Shown: positions 18,467 through 27,420 of the stretch, piece by piece | Layout of the letters: the number at the start of each line of letters is the position of its first letter | Position numbering within the stretch: the stretch's first letter is position 1 | Assembly (NCBI GenBank): GCA_040756235.1 | Contig: JBFLZG010000120.1 | Span: 1-52,797 of the forward strand | Direction: 5' to 3' | Source: a bacterium | GTDB taxonomy: Bacteria; Desulfobacterota; DSWW01 | Length of the DNA stretch: 52,797 nt | The notes under the pieces: model-generated | What the model was told of the DNA's origin: nothing | Database searches by the model: none | Seen by the model: the letters and a program-made list of their open reading frames with translations, nothing else | Position numbers and translations under genes: made by a program

Positions 18467-19861
18467 TCATCTCGGCTCGGGGCCGAGCCTCCTGGTCAGC
18501 TCGCCGGGGCTCTTCAGCTCTTCCAGCCGGAAGACCAGATCCACGATTTCGTCGGCCCGCTCGGCGCCGAGGTGCCGGTCCGTCATTCGATGGAACTTCC
18601 TTACAGCGGTATCACGGTTCAGCAGGAAGGCGCCCAGATCGGCCGTGCTCAGGTTGCCCGTGTGGACCTGCCCGTCCTTGGTGACGAAGCGGATCTCGGT
18701 ATCCATCGAGCCCATGGAAGGATCCGCTTCCATGCGGACCATCCGGGCAACACGCAGGATCTCCGGGTCGTTGAGCCTTTCCTGGTAAGTCTCGACCTGC
18801 AGGTCGCGGGTGACGACGGCCGCTCCCAGCATGAAAGGCTTGCTGAGCAGCGCCCCGTCCGGCGTTTCGAAGGGGCCGTGGAACTCGACTCCCGGGTAGG
18901 CCTTGTTGTCAGGAGAGACCCGGACCACGATCTCGCGGATGCTGTCGGCCGTGATGTGGTGCCGCTCGATGAGGTTGAGGGCGATGTTGCAGCCGATCTG
19001 GTTGTAGCCGCAGGTGGAGTAGGGCTTGAAGAAGGTCGAGCTGAGGTCGTACTTCCGGCCCAGGCTGGAGCTCTCGTTCATCCAGGCCGCAGCGATCTGG
19101 TCCTTGACCTCGCGGCCGCAGAAGGCGGCCAGGAACCCGCTGTCGCCCTCCAGGGCCGTTGCGGCGGCCCTCAATCCCTCCCGGGCGCTCAGGGCGGCCA
19201 TGGCGCCTCCCAGGATGACCATGCTGTTCTGGAAGCGCCATTCCATCGAACCGACGTTGAACGGTTCCAGCAGCCCCAGGGAAAAGCTGGCGGCGCAGGC
19301 GATGGCCTGGCTCAGCTCTGGTCCGGTGAGCCCCAGCATCTTGCCAAAAGCGGCGGCCACTCCGAAGGGGCCGTAGTTGGCCGTGCTGCGAAAGCCCCTT
19401 TCCACGGAATAGGCCACGGCCGGGGAAGCGATCCTCGCCATGGCTTCATATCCGATCACGACGGCCGGCAGGATCTCCCGGCACGACGACTCCCGCGCCT
19501 CGGCCGCGGCCAGGACTGCGGGCACGATCAGATTGCCGGCGTGCCCGCGGGTCGACTGGCTCGTGTCGTCGTGAATCATGTTGTGCACCATCATGGAGTT
19601 GGCGACGGCGGCAAAGAGGTAGTTGGTCTCATATCCATGGAACCAGACCGTGGCGCGGTCGGCGGAGGTGGAGAAGGCGCGGGTGATCGCGGTCATGATC
19701 CGGACCGGCTCGGTGCGGTGCCCGGCGCAGGCGCTGGCGATGGCGTCCAGGACGCACACCTTCGCCCGTTCCCGAACGTCGCCGTTCAGGTCCTCGAGGG
19801 TCAGGCCCGCAAAGAAGTCTGCCATGAGCGGTATGAAGGTCGGTTTCATCGCATCCTCCAT
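18467..19861 (-). CDS. MmgE/PrpD family protein (divergent copy)
   Basis: AKVCVLDAIASACAG, ANSMMVHNMIHDD..RGH, VVIGYE, LEGDSGF, FFKPYSTCG, AVRKF. Start could be 19849. Confidence 0.88.
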   Translation of the reverse strand: MEDAMKPTFIPLMADFFAGLTLEDLNGDVRERAKVCVLDAIASACAGHRTEPVRIMTAITRAFSTSADRATVWFHGYETNYLFAAVANSMMVHNMIHDDTSQSTRGHAGNLIVPAVLAAAEARESSCREILPAVVIGYEAMARIASPAVAYSVERGFRSTANYGPFGVAAAFGKMLGLTGPELSQAIACAASFSLGLLEPFNVGSMEWRFQNSMVILGGAMAALSAREGLRAAATALEGDSGFLAAFCGREVKDQIAAAWMNESSSLGRKYDLSSTFFKPYSTCGYNQIGCNIALNLIERHHITADSIREIVVRVSPDNKAYPGVEFHGPFETPDGALLSKPFMLGAAVVTRDLQVETYQERLNDPEILRVARMVRMEADPSMGSMDTEIRFVTKDGQVHTGNLSTADLGAFLLNRDTAVRKFHRMTDRHLGAERADEIVDLVFRLEELKSPGELTRRLGPEPR

Positions 19862-19883
19862 GGATCAGGCTTGTTCCGTCATT

Positions 19884-20207
19884 GCCGCGCAGGCCGGGGT
19901 CCGGTCCGTGCACCCAATCTTTCCGTCACCCCGGCGCAGGCCGGGGTCCGGTCCCTGTTACCCTGCAACCGCCGCTGTGCATGGTGCACCCTTCCGGATC
20001 CCGGCTCCCACGCGCTCCGCAAGCGGGCCGGGACGACGAATGTGACACAGCCGCGCAGGCCGGGGTCCGGTCCGTGCACCCAATCTTTCCGTCACCCCGG
20101 CGCAGGCCGGGGTCCAGTCCCTGTTACTCTGCAACCGCCGCTGTGCATGGTGCACCCTTCCGGATCCCGGCTCCCACGCGCTCCGCAAAGTGGGCCGGGA
20201 CGACGAA
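19884..20207. repeat. Tandem duplication (two ~157-bp copies) of a REP/BIME-like palindromic element
   Basis: Copies at 19884-20040 and 20050-20207 are nearly identical. Each holds CCCCGGC-GCAG-GCCGGGG and GGATCCCGGC...GCCGGGACGACGAA hairpins. Confidence 0.9.
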
Positions 20208-20248
20208 AGCGGCCTTTGCCCGTGACAGGCTCCCCACCCTCCATCCGA

Positions 20249-21067
20249 TCACTCGGCCTTCCAGCTCTTGAATGGGTCGTAAGTGCGGTAGTCCTCCCCG
20301 AGGTCCAGGAAGCGGCCCATCCCGCCGTCCAGGGGAATGACCGCTCCGGTGATGTAGTCGGCGTCGTCGGAGGTGAGGAACAGGACCAGCCTGGCCGTGT
20401 CCGCCGTGCTGCCGAAGCGCCTGAGCGGGATCTTGCCGATGATCTGGCCGCCGATGTGGGTCCGGAGCATGTCGCGGTTGAGCTTGGTCACGATGAACCC
20501 CGGGCAGATGGTGTTGTAGTTGATCCGGTGCGGACCCAGCTCGGCCGCGACGATGGGCGTCATGGAAATGATGGCGCCCTTGGCCGCGGTGTAGGAAGGC
20601 GCGCCCATGCCGATCATGCCCATGAGGGAGGCGATGTTCACGATCTTGCCGCCCCCTTGCCGGATCATCTCCGGGGCCACGTACTTGGAGCACCGGAACA
20701 CGCTGCCCGCGTCCACGGCCATGATCAGGTCCCACATCTCTTCCCGGGTCTCCAGGAGCGTGCTCCGTTCCCCGATCCCGGCGTTGTTGACCAGGATGTC
20801 GATCCTGCCGCACGCGGCAACAACCGTCTGCACCATTTGCCTGACGCTCGCCGTGTCGCTCACGTTGGTCTGCACGACCAGCGATCTGCCCCCCGCGGCA
20901 TCGATGAGCCGGCGGGTCTCCTCGGCGGCGGCGAGGTTGATGTCCACCGCCGCCACGACCGCCCCCTCGCGCGCGTAGTGGAGCGCGATCTCCCTGCCGA
21001 TGTCGCCCCCTGCGCCGGTCACGATGGCGACCTTGTCCCGAAACCTGCCCGCTGCAACTGCGGCCAT
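20249..21067 (-). CDS. SDR family oxidoreductase (FabG-like)
   Basis: TGAGGDIG, NNAG, NIAS, YTAAKG, ICPG, ITGAVIPLDGG. Confidence 0.92.
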   Translation of the reverse strand: MAAVAAGRFRDKVAIVTGAGGDIGREIALHYAREGAVVAAVDINLAAAEETRRLIDAAGGRSLVVQTNVSDTASVRQMVQTVVAACGRIDILVNNAGIGERSTLLETREEMWDLIMAVDAGSVFRCSKYVAPEMIRQGGGKIVNIASLMGMIGMGAPSYTAAKGAIISMTPIVAAELGPHRINYNTICPGFIVTKLNRDMLRTHIGGQIIGKIPLRRFGSTADTARLVLFLTSDDADYITGAVIPLDGGMGRFLDLGEDYRTYDPFKSWKAE

Positions 21068-21079
21068 GGTGTGAGCCTC

Positions 21080-21925
21080 CTACAGCCATCCTCTTTTCGC
21101 CATCTGCCGGAACCACGGCTTCGCCAGGCCTTTCCTGTTCAGGAAGGCCAGGGCGCCGAAGAAGCTCTCCGGGAAGAGGCGCTTCTGGTACCAGAAAAAC
21201 TTTCCGTGGAGGTGGGGGAAGACGTACAGCTTGTTCCTGCGCACCGCCTTCAACGTGGTGCGCGCGATGTCCTCGGGGGTCTGTCGGGTGGCCTGGAACG
21301 AGGTCTGCCACAGCTCCAGCACCTCGCCGCTGCAGTAGGAGTTCTTGACCACGTTGGTGTTGACCCCCATCGGGTTGAGGATCGTCACGCCGATCCCGCA
21401 CGGGGCCAGCTCCGTTTTGAGCGACTCGCCCAGCGCGATCGCCCCGGCCTTGGCCACGTTGTAGGGTGACTCCTCCAGGGGCGGCGTGATGCCCGCCATG
21501 GAAGCGGTGATCAGGACGTGTCCGCTCTTCTGTTTCTTCATGCGGGGCAGAAAGGCACGGCATCCGTGGACCGGCCCCCACAGGTCCACGTCGATCACCT
21601 TCCGCCACTCCTCCAGCGGGATCTCCTCGATCAGACCGGACGCCATGAGCCCCGCGTTGTTCGCGAGCAGGCCCACCTCGCCCCAGAGGCCGAAGAAGTG
21701 GTCCGCCATCTTCTGTACTTCCTCGGGGCTCCTGACATCGCAGCGGAACACGTCGGCCGCGCCTCCGGCGCTGCCCACCTCTTCGAGAGTCCGGCGCGCG
21801 CCTTCAGGATCGATGTCGGCGATGCCGACCTTGAAGCCCTGGCGGGCCAGCTCCAGGACGAGGGCGCGTCCGATTCCGGAGCCTGCACCGGTCACGACTG
21901 CAGTCTTTGCGAATCGCCAGTCCAT
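21080..21925 (-). CDS. SDR family oxidoreductase
   Basis: TGAGSGIG, NNAG, TASMAG, YNVAK. Confidence 0.92.
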   Translation of the reverse strand: MDWRFAKTAVVTGAGSGIGRALVLELARQGFKVGIADIDPEGARRTLEEVGSAGGAADVFRCDVRSPEEVQKMADHFFGLWGEVGLLANNAGLMASGLIEEIPLEEWRKVIDVDLWGPVHGCRAFLPRMKKQKSGHVLITASMAGITPPLEESPYNVAKAGAIALGESLKTELAPCGIGVTILNPMGVNTNVVKNSYCSGEVLELWQTSFQATRQTPEDIARTTLKAVRRNKLYVFPHLHGKFFWYQKRLFPESFFGALAFLNRKGLAKPWFRQMAKRGWL

Positions 21926-21964
21926 CTTTCTGACCCTCCTGGAATCCGTTCGCTTGGAAGCATC

Positions 21965-22732
21965 CTACCGGACGGCGACGGCGGCGGCCATGAACCCGCC
22001 GTCCACGTTCAGGACGTGGCCGGTAACGTAGGCCGACGCGTCCGAGGCCAGGAACAGGACCGCCCGGGCGATGTCCCCGGTGGTGGCGAGACGGCCCAGC
22101 GGCACCATGGCTTCCCTGAGCTTCATGCCTTCCTCTCCGACCAGGCGCCGGACGTTCTCGGTGTCCGTGACGTAGGGGGCTATGGCGTTCACGCGCACCC
22201 CTCTGGCCGCAAGCTCCGTGGCCATGACCCTGGTCAGAGCGATGACCCCGCCTTTGGCCGTGCAGTAGGCGCTCCCCATGGGAACGCCTACTTCGCCTGC
22301 GATCGACGCGATGTTGACGATGCTGCCCTGCCTCTGCCGGACCATGACCCGGGCCGCTGCCTGCCCGACGAGGAACACTCCCTTCAGGCTGGCTGCCATG
22401 ACCTTGTCCCACTCGTCCTCCGGGAACTCCAGAAAGGGGCCATAGTGGATGTAGGCCGCGTTGTTCACCAGGATGTCGATGCGGCCGAACGTCTGGTCCG
22501 CGTCGGCCACGAAGGCCGCGACGTCCGCGCTCCGGGAGACGTCGACCCGGCGGGCGAGCATGCGCCGCCCGAGGCTCTGGATTTCCCGCGTCAGCTCGGC
22601 GAGCTCCCCGGCGAGAAGGTCGGCCACGGCCAGGTCGCAGCCGGCCCGGGCAAAGGTCAGGGCGATTTCACGGCCGATTCCCCGGGCGCCGCCGGTGACG
22701 ATGGCCACTCTGTTGTCCAGGGGGCTGCTCAT
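21965..22732 (-). CDS. SDR family oxidoreductase (FabG-like)
   Basis: TGGARGIG, NNAA, NIAS, YCTAKG, VTGHVLNVDGG. Confidence 0.92.
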   Translation of the reverse strand: MSSPLDNRVAIVTGGARGIGREIALTFARAGCDLAVADLLAGELAELTREIQSLGRRMLARRVDVSRSADVAAFVADADQTFGRIDILVNNAAYIHYGPFLEFPEDEWDKVMAASLKGVFLVGQAAARVMVRQRQGSIVNIASIAGEVGVPMGSAYCTAKGGVIALTRVMATELAARGVRVNAIAPYVTDTENVRRLVGEEGMKLREAMVPLGRLATTGDIARAVLFLASDASAYVTGHVLNVDGGFMAAAVAVR

Positions 22733-22830
22733 GGAGGTGTTCTCCGTGCGTGACAGGTGAAAGGCCTCAGAGGTGCAAACAGGTCAAAAGGCGAAAGGAT
22801 GAACGCCAGGGTGGTCCTCTTCCTCATCGA

Positions 22831-23550
22831 TCAACCGTAGCTTTCCTTCTCGAACACCTTGGGGTCATGGCCGGGGAGAATGCGGGCCGCAAGCGCGCGG
22901 ATCTTCCCGAGGCTCGCGTAGTACTCGCGAAGATCGACGTAGATGGCGCCGACCGACGGCGGATCCTTCTCGGCGCATTCGAACAGGGCGATGGTGTCTC
23001 CGCAGATGACGTAACGGCCCGTTTCCGCCTCCACGAGCACCGCCTGCATGCCGGTCGTGTGTCCGGGCGTGAACACGACCGAGACGCCCTCGGCGACCGG
23101 GGCATCTCCCCGGACGACCGTGAAAGGGGTGTTCTCGAGGACCTCCGGCGCGTAGCCGGCGGCGTGCAGGGGCAGCGGGTTCCTGGCCGACCGCAGCTCT
23201 TCCTGCTGCACGAGGAACGCGGCTTTCGGCAGGTGGCCGTTGCCGCCGCAGTGGTCCCAGTGCAGGTGGGTGTGGATGACCAGGTCGATCTCTTCGCACC
23301 GCACCCCGATCCTGCCGAGCGCGCTCGCGAGCTGCTGCTCGGCCGTGCGCGCGTACAGGGTGCGGCGCGCGGCCTTCTCGAGGTCCTCGCCGCCGCTGTC
23401 CACGAGAATCTTGCGGTCCGAGCCCTCGATGTACCAGGCGATCAGAGGCGCCTCGATCATGTTGAAGAGCTCCTTGAAGTCGAAGGAGAACTGGATCTTG
23501 GGCCGCTGGATGGTGCCCAGGTTCAGAGGGCGGATGCGGATAGGAGCCAA
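22831..23550 (-). CDS. Metallo-beta-lactamase-fold lactonase (N-acyl homoserine lactonase family)
   Basis: THLHWDHCG, TPGHTTG, ICGD, LPGHD; TTG start at 23550 after AGGAGG. The longer ORF-track start lies inside a repeat element. Confidence 0.88.
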   Translation of the reverse strand: MAPIRIRPLNLGTIQRPKIQFSFDFKELFNMIEAPLIAWYIEGSDRKILVDSGGEDLEKAARRTLYARTAEQQLASALGRIGVRCEEIDLVIHTHLHWDHCGGNGHLPKAAFLVQQEELRSARNPLPLHAAGYAPEVLENTPFTVVRGDAPVAEGVSVVFTPGHTTGMQAVLVEAETGRYVICGDTIALFECAEKDPPSVGAIYVDLREYYASLGKIRALAARILPGHDPKVFEKESYG

Positions 23551-23566
23551 CGTTCGTCCCTCCTGT

Positions 23567-23720
23567 AGAGGCTGTCCCAAAACGCCCATCTGCGGCGTTG
23601 CGCTCATGGGGAAAGCCAGGCGGGGGGAGCCTGCCCCGGCTCAGGCCGGGGTCCACCGTGACTCCCCATATACGCCTCATTCCTCGGGACTTCGCGCGCC
23701 TTGCATCTGGGCATTTTTGA
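23567..23720. repeat. MITE-like intergenic element with imperfect terminal inverted repeats
   Basis: AAAACGCCCATCTGC (23579-23593) pairs with GCATCTGGGCATTTT (23703-23717) at 12/15 positions. There is an internal CCCCGGC-TCAG-GCCGGGG hairpin, and the left end recurs at 13961-13982. Confidence 0.6.
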
Positions 23721-23837
23721 AAATCAAAGCTTCGATCTCGCCAGCAATCATCATGCGTCTGAGCACGGTTCGTGCCGCGCGCTCGATGCCGCCCGGGCGG
23801 GTGGCAGACTGCTCCGGCTCCTCTCCTCACCGGCGGC

Positions 23838-24974
23838 TCATGGCGCGCCCAGCACCTCCCGCCTCACGAAGGCGTAACCCTCGAGGATGCGCCGGGCGGT
23901 CCGGTAGACCGCGATGCGCGGAAAGGTCAATTGACCGTCGTGCTCGGCGACCGTGATCTCCAGCTCGGCGGTGCCCGCGGGGTGGCCCAGCCGCACCCTG
24001 CCGGCGCCGGCGCCCGCCCCGGAAGCCGCCTCGTGGACCACGGTGCCCGGGATCACGGCGGCCGTGCCGCAGCAGTTGATCATCGAGGCCGCGTAGGTCT
24101 TGTGCATCTTCCCCATCAGGATCATGCGCACCACCAGGTCCACGTCCTCGGCGCGAATCGGCTGGCCGGTGACGTGGTCCTTGTAAGGGGCGGGCGGCCC
24201 CACGTAGGTCAGCAGGACGAGCTTGCCGAGCTTCTTCATGGCCGCTCCCGCGATGGCATCGCACTTCTTGAGCAGCTCCGGGTTGGCGTCCACTTCCTCC
24301 GGGGCCTCGGTGCCGTGCAGGCCCAGGTCGCGGGCCCTCACGAAGATGCCGACGTTGCCCACGTCCACCAGGGAAGCTTCGATCGAGCCGTAGCCCTCTA
24401 CCTCCAGGACGTCCACCGGATGGCCGGTGGGCAGGACCGAGCCCGTGTTCGCCCCCGCGGTGTCCCGCCAGTTCAGCTCGATCCTGGCGCCCGTGCCGGG
24501 CACGCCGTCCATGACGAACCCGCCGGAGACCTGCACGGTGCGGCCGGGCGTCGGCACGACCGCTTCGATGATGCGTCGGATGTTCGTGGCATGGATGCGG
24601 ATCCGGGTCTCACCGTCCTCTGCGCGCACGAAGCCCTCCTCGATCGCATAGGGCCCCACGGCGGCGGTGATGTTCCCGCACACCGCGCCGTAGTAGACCG
24701 TGGGCGAGAGAATGTCGACCTGGCCGAAGGTGTAATCCACGTGGGCGTCCGGCCGCGACGGCGGGCCCACGATGGCGAGCTTGGAGGTCAGCGGGTCCGC
24801 TCCGCCCAAGCCGTCGATCTGCCGTTTGTCCGGGCTTCCGAACACGGCCAGGACGACCCGGTCCCGGAGCGCCGGAGCCGCCGGCAGATCGTACTCCTTG
24901 ATGAAGACGGCTTTGCTCGTGCCGCCCCGATAGATCACGACCGGGACGCGAAACATCTCTGCCGGGAGTTCCAT
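23838..24974 (-). CDS. PrpF family isomerase (PrpF / 3-methylitaconate isomerase Mii / LigU-like)
   Basis: YRGGTSKAVF, QIDGLGGADPLTSK, VDYTFGQV, CGN, MGKMHKTYA, LGHPAG, RTARRILEG. Confidence 0.92.
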   Translation of the reverse strand: MELPAEMFRVPVVIYRGGTSKAVFIKEYDLPAAPALRDRVVLAVFGSPDKRQIDGLGGADPLTSKLAIVGPPSRPDAHVDYTFGQVDILSPTVYYGAVCGNITAAVGPYAIEEGFVRAEDGETRIRIHATNIRRIIEAVVPTPGRTVQVSGGFVMDGVPGTGARIELNWRDTAGANTGSVLPTGHPVDVLEVEGYGSIEASLVDVGNVGIFVRARDLGLHGTEAPEEVDANPELLKKCDAIAGAAMKKLGKLVLLTYVGPPAPYKDHVTGQPIRAEDVDLVVRMILMGKMHKTYAASMINCCGTAAVIPGTVVHEAASGAGAGAGRVRLGHPAGTAELEITVAEHDGQLTFPRIAVYRTARRILEGYAFVRREVLGAP

Positions 24975-25041
24975 GGGGGTTCCCTCCATGCGCTGGTCCG
25001 GACCCGGCCGGCGGCTCGGGTCGAAACGGCGAGGCAGTCGG

Positions 25042-26418
25042 TCACCGCAGCAGGTCGGCGAGCCTGGCCAGATCGTCCAGGCGCTCCAGCTCCTCGATCA
25101 TCCGGACGATCGCCTCCCTCCTGCCCGCGTCGAAGTACGGCTCCGTGAGGCTGTGGAACTTCTTCTGCAGCTCCACCCAGCAGACCGGGTTCTCCGGGTC
25201 GCCTCTCGGATAGTCCACGTGCGCCTCCCGCACCTGGCCGTTCTTCAGGGTCGCGACCACGGTGGCGGGATAGTAGCGGGGATAGGCCGCGTTCGCCTGT
25301 GCGTCCTCCTCGGCGGCGATCCTGTCCGCCAGGGCGAGGATCTTGGGATCGGTGAAGACCTGCGGCTTGAACTCGTCCACGCCGGTGCGGCTGCGGACGA
25401 TGGACAATGCGATCACGTAGGGCAGGCTGAACTGGGCGTCCACGTGCGTCTGAGGCCGATACTTGCGTTCCTTCGGCTCGCACAGCGCGCGGAGGGTCCA
25501 GCTGCTGACCTTGGCCAGGATCCGGTCCACGTCCTCGGCCCGGACTCCCTGGCCGTAGAGGTCCATGGCGCAGTCTGCCACGGGGCCGGCGAAGCGGCAG
25601 CATGCGTGGACCTTGATGCTCGTGTCCTGCATCTCCCACTTCTTGCCGAGGTTGGCCGTGAGCCGGCCCAGGTCGTAGGTGTCCTTGAACGAATAAGCGC
25701 GGATGAAGCCGACCGGGCCGTCGTAGATGGTGCGGGCTCCGACGAAGTTCTGCCGGGCCAGGGACGCGCAGAGCACGCCGGACATGGCCGGCTGGCCGGC
25801 CTGGATCGGCTTCTGCCAGGAACCCTCGGTGGCCCACTCGAGGGTTCCGGCGGCGAAGCTGCCCGCCAGGCCGAGCGCCCAGGAAGCCTGCCGGGCGTCC
25901 AGGCCCAGGATCAGGGAGCTGCCGAGGGCGGCGCCGAAGACGCCGCAGGTGCCGGTCGGGTGAAATCCTTGATAGTAGGTCTTGCCGAGGAAGGCCTCGC
26001 CGGTCCGGATCATGACCTCGAGACCGAGGACCAAGGCGCGGATGAAATCCTTGCCCGGCACCCGGAGCTTCTCGCCCAGGGCGAACACCGCCGGGTAGAC
26101 CGACACCGAAGGATGCATGGTGCCTTCCCGATGATCGTCGTCATAGTCGTAGATGTGGCCCATCGTTCCGTTGGCAAAGGCGGCGTACATGGGGGAGGTC
26201 TTGAACCCGCGGGCAAAGACCGACGCGGCCGGGGTGCCGCCCTGTTCGCGGATCACGGCCATGACCGCCTCGGCCTGTTTTTCATCGCGCGCCCGGACGG
26301 TGCACCCGATGACGTCGAGGAGATAATGCTTGACCTTGGCGACCACCTCGGGCGGGAGGTCCTCGTAGCGCGTGGACACGGCAAATTCGGCAAGCTGCTC
26401 GGCGATGGGCTTCTCCAT
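25042..26418 (-). CDS. MmgE/PrpD family protein
   Basis: LLDVIGC, NGTMGHIYDYDDDH...HPS, GFHPTGTCG, IKVHACC, AQFSLPY, PRGDPENP. Confidence 0.93.
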   Translation of the reverse strand: MEKPIAEQLAEFAVSTRYEDLPPEVVAKVKHYLLDVIGCTVRARDEKQAEAVMAVIREQGGTPAASVFARGFKTSPMYAAFANGTMGHIYDYDDDHREGTMHPSVSVYPAVFALGEKLRVPGKDFIRALVLGLEVMIRTGEAFLGKTYYQGFHPTGTCGVFGAALGSSLILGLDARQASWALGLAGSFAAGTLEWATEGSWQKPIQAGQPAMSGVLCASLARQNFVGARTIYDGPVGFIRAYSFKDTYDLGRLTANLGKKWEMQDTSIKVHACCRFAGPVADCAMDLYGQGVRAEDVDRILAKVSSWTLRALCEPKERKYRPQTHVDAQFSLPYVIALSIVRSRTGVDEFKPQVFTDPKILALADRIAAEEDAQANAAYPRYYPATVVATLKNGQVREAHVDYPRGDPENPVCWVELQKKFHSLTEPYFDAGRREAIVRMIEELERLDDLARLADLLR

Positions 26419-26806
26419 GATCCTTCTCTCCTCTGGCGCCTGTCGATAAGCGGCGATCTGCTGCCTACCTCGTCAGATCAGTCGGTAACGCTTTTCACGA
26501 TTATGGCGGCGTGTTCTGTCGGGTCGCTTGCCCGCCAGCGACCTGCGCCTGGCACCGGTTGTCGGAGATTGCGAGGCCCAGAGGGCCGCGGCAACCTCCC
26601 GGCACAGGGAGATCGCCACGCTCGCGCCTTCGGTTCAGCCATCGGCAACCGGGTTGTGCAAGGCTCGCTCGCGAAATTCGGTTCTGGGGCGATCGGTCGG
26701 AGCTCCCGCCCTGAGGGGTTGGTCGTATCGGATACAGAATAGGTCGCCGTACCCGTGAACCCGTGTGCCACGGCTGACCAACTGACCTCCGTGCAGGCCG
26801 AAACGA

Positions 26807-27313
26807 TCAGTCCAACAGCGCCGGCAGCCCCAGGCGCACCTTCTCGAGAAGCCCGATCAGGCTCCGGCGCTCCTTCTGGCTCACGCCTGCCATCATGCGC
26901 GTAATCTGGCGGTAGTACCCGGGCAGAATGCCGTCCAGGCGCTTCCTGCCCTTGGCGGTCAGTCGTATGACCACGCTCCTGCGGTCGCCGTCGTGCTGCA
27001 CGCGCTCGACCAGGTCGTCCTTGGCGAGAGTGTCCAGCAGGCCGGTCATGGTGGCGCGCGTCACGCCGAGCTTGTGCGCCAGCGCCGAGGGCGTGATCTC
27101 TTCCTCCGGCTCCCGGTTCAGCACGATCAGGGACAGAAAGCCCCCCTGCGAAAGCCCGTGCCGGGCCAGGATCTTTTCGAACCCTGCCAGCACATCGCTG
27201 CCGGTCCTGAGCAGCGCGGTGCAGGTGAGGAGGGCCATGGGGTCGAGGTCGGGGTAGCGCTTCGCGAGCTCCCGCAGCATCTTTTCGGTCGGCAGGTCCC
27301 GGAGGAAGAACAT
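26807..27313 (-). CDS. MarR family transcriptional regulator
   Basis: HGLSQGGF...ITPSALAHKLGVTRATMTGLLDTL...DRRSVVIRLTAKG. Confidence 0.9.
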   Translation of the reverse strand: MFFLRDLPTEKMLRELAKRYPDLDPMALLTCTALLRTGSDVLAGFEKILARHGLSQGGFLSLIVLNREPEEEITPSALAHKLGVTRATMTGLLDTLAKDDLVERVQHDGDRRSVVIRLTAKGRKRLDGILPGYYRQITRMMAGVSQKERRSLIGLLEKVRLGLPALLD

Positions 27314-27420
27314 GGCAGAAGCTCCGCTTCGATTTGGCGCCATACTATCTGCCGGCGAACTATGAGGTCAAGGAAAATTTTCGGCCGCGCGTCCGGCGCA
27401 GGCGGTCCTGGAAGAGCTCG

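Noticed and set aside
19884..20207. Possible CRISPR array
   Set aside because: Only two long near-identical units with no unique spacers and no cas genes; it fits a REP/BIME-type repeat.
22831..23550. Quorum-quenching or beta-lactam resistance gene
   Set aside because: The motifs only define the MBL lactonase fold, and its position between prpF and the SDRs favours a metabolic lactonase.
370..26742. Very long plus-strand ORFs (e.g. 370-3591, 3416-5566, 10456-13095, 16055-18283, 18572-21469, 24973-26742)
   Set aside because: They are antisense shadows of well-supported minus-strand genes in high-GC DNA, with no recognisable motifs.
26419..26806. Sigma54 promoter or small ORFs upstream of the catabolic cluster
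   Set aside because: TGGCAC hexamers are present but lack a correctly spaced -12 GC; the short ORFs have no RBS or motif support.
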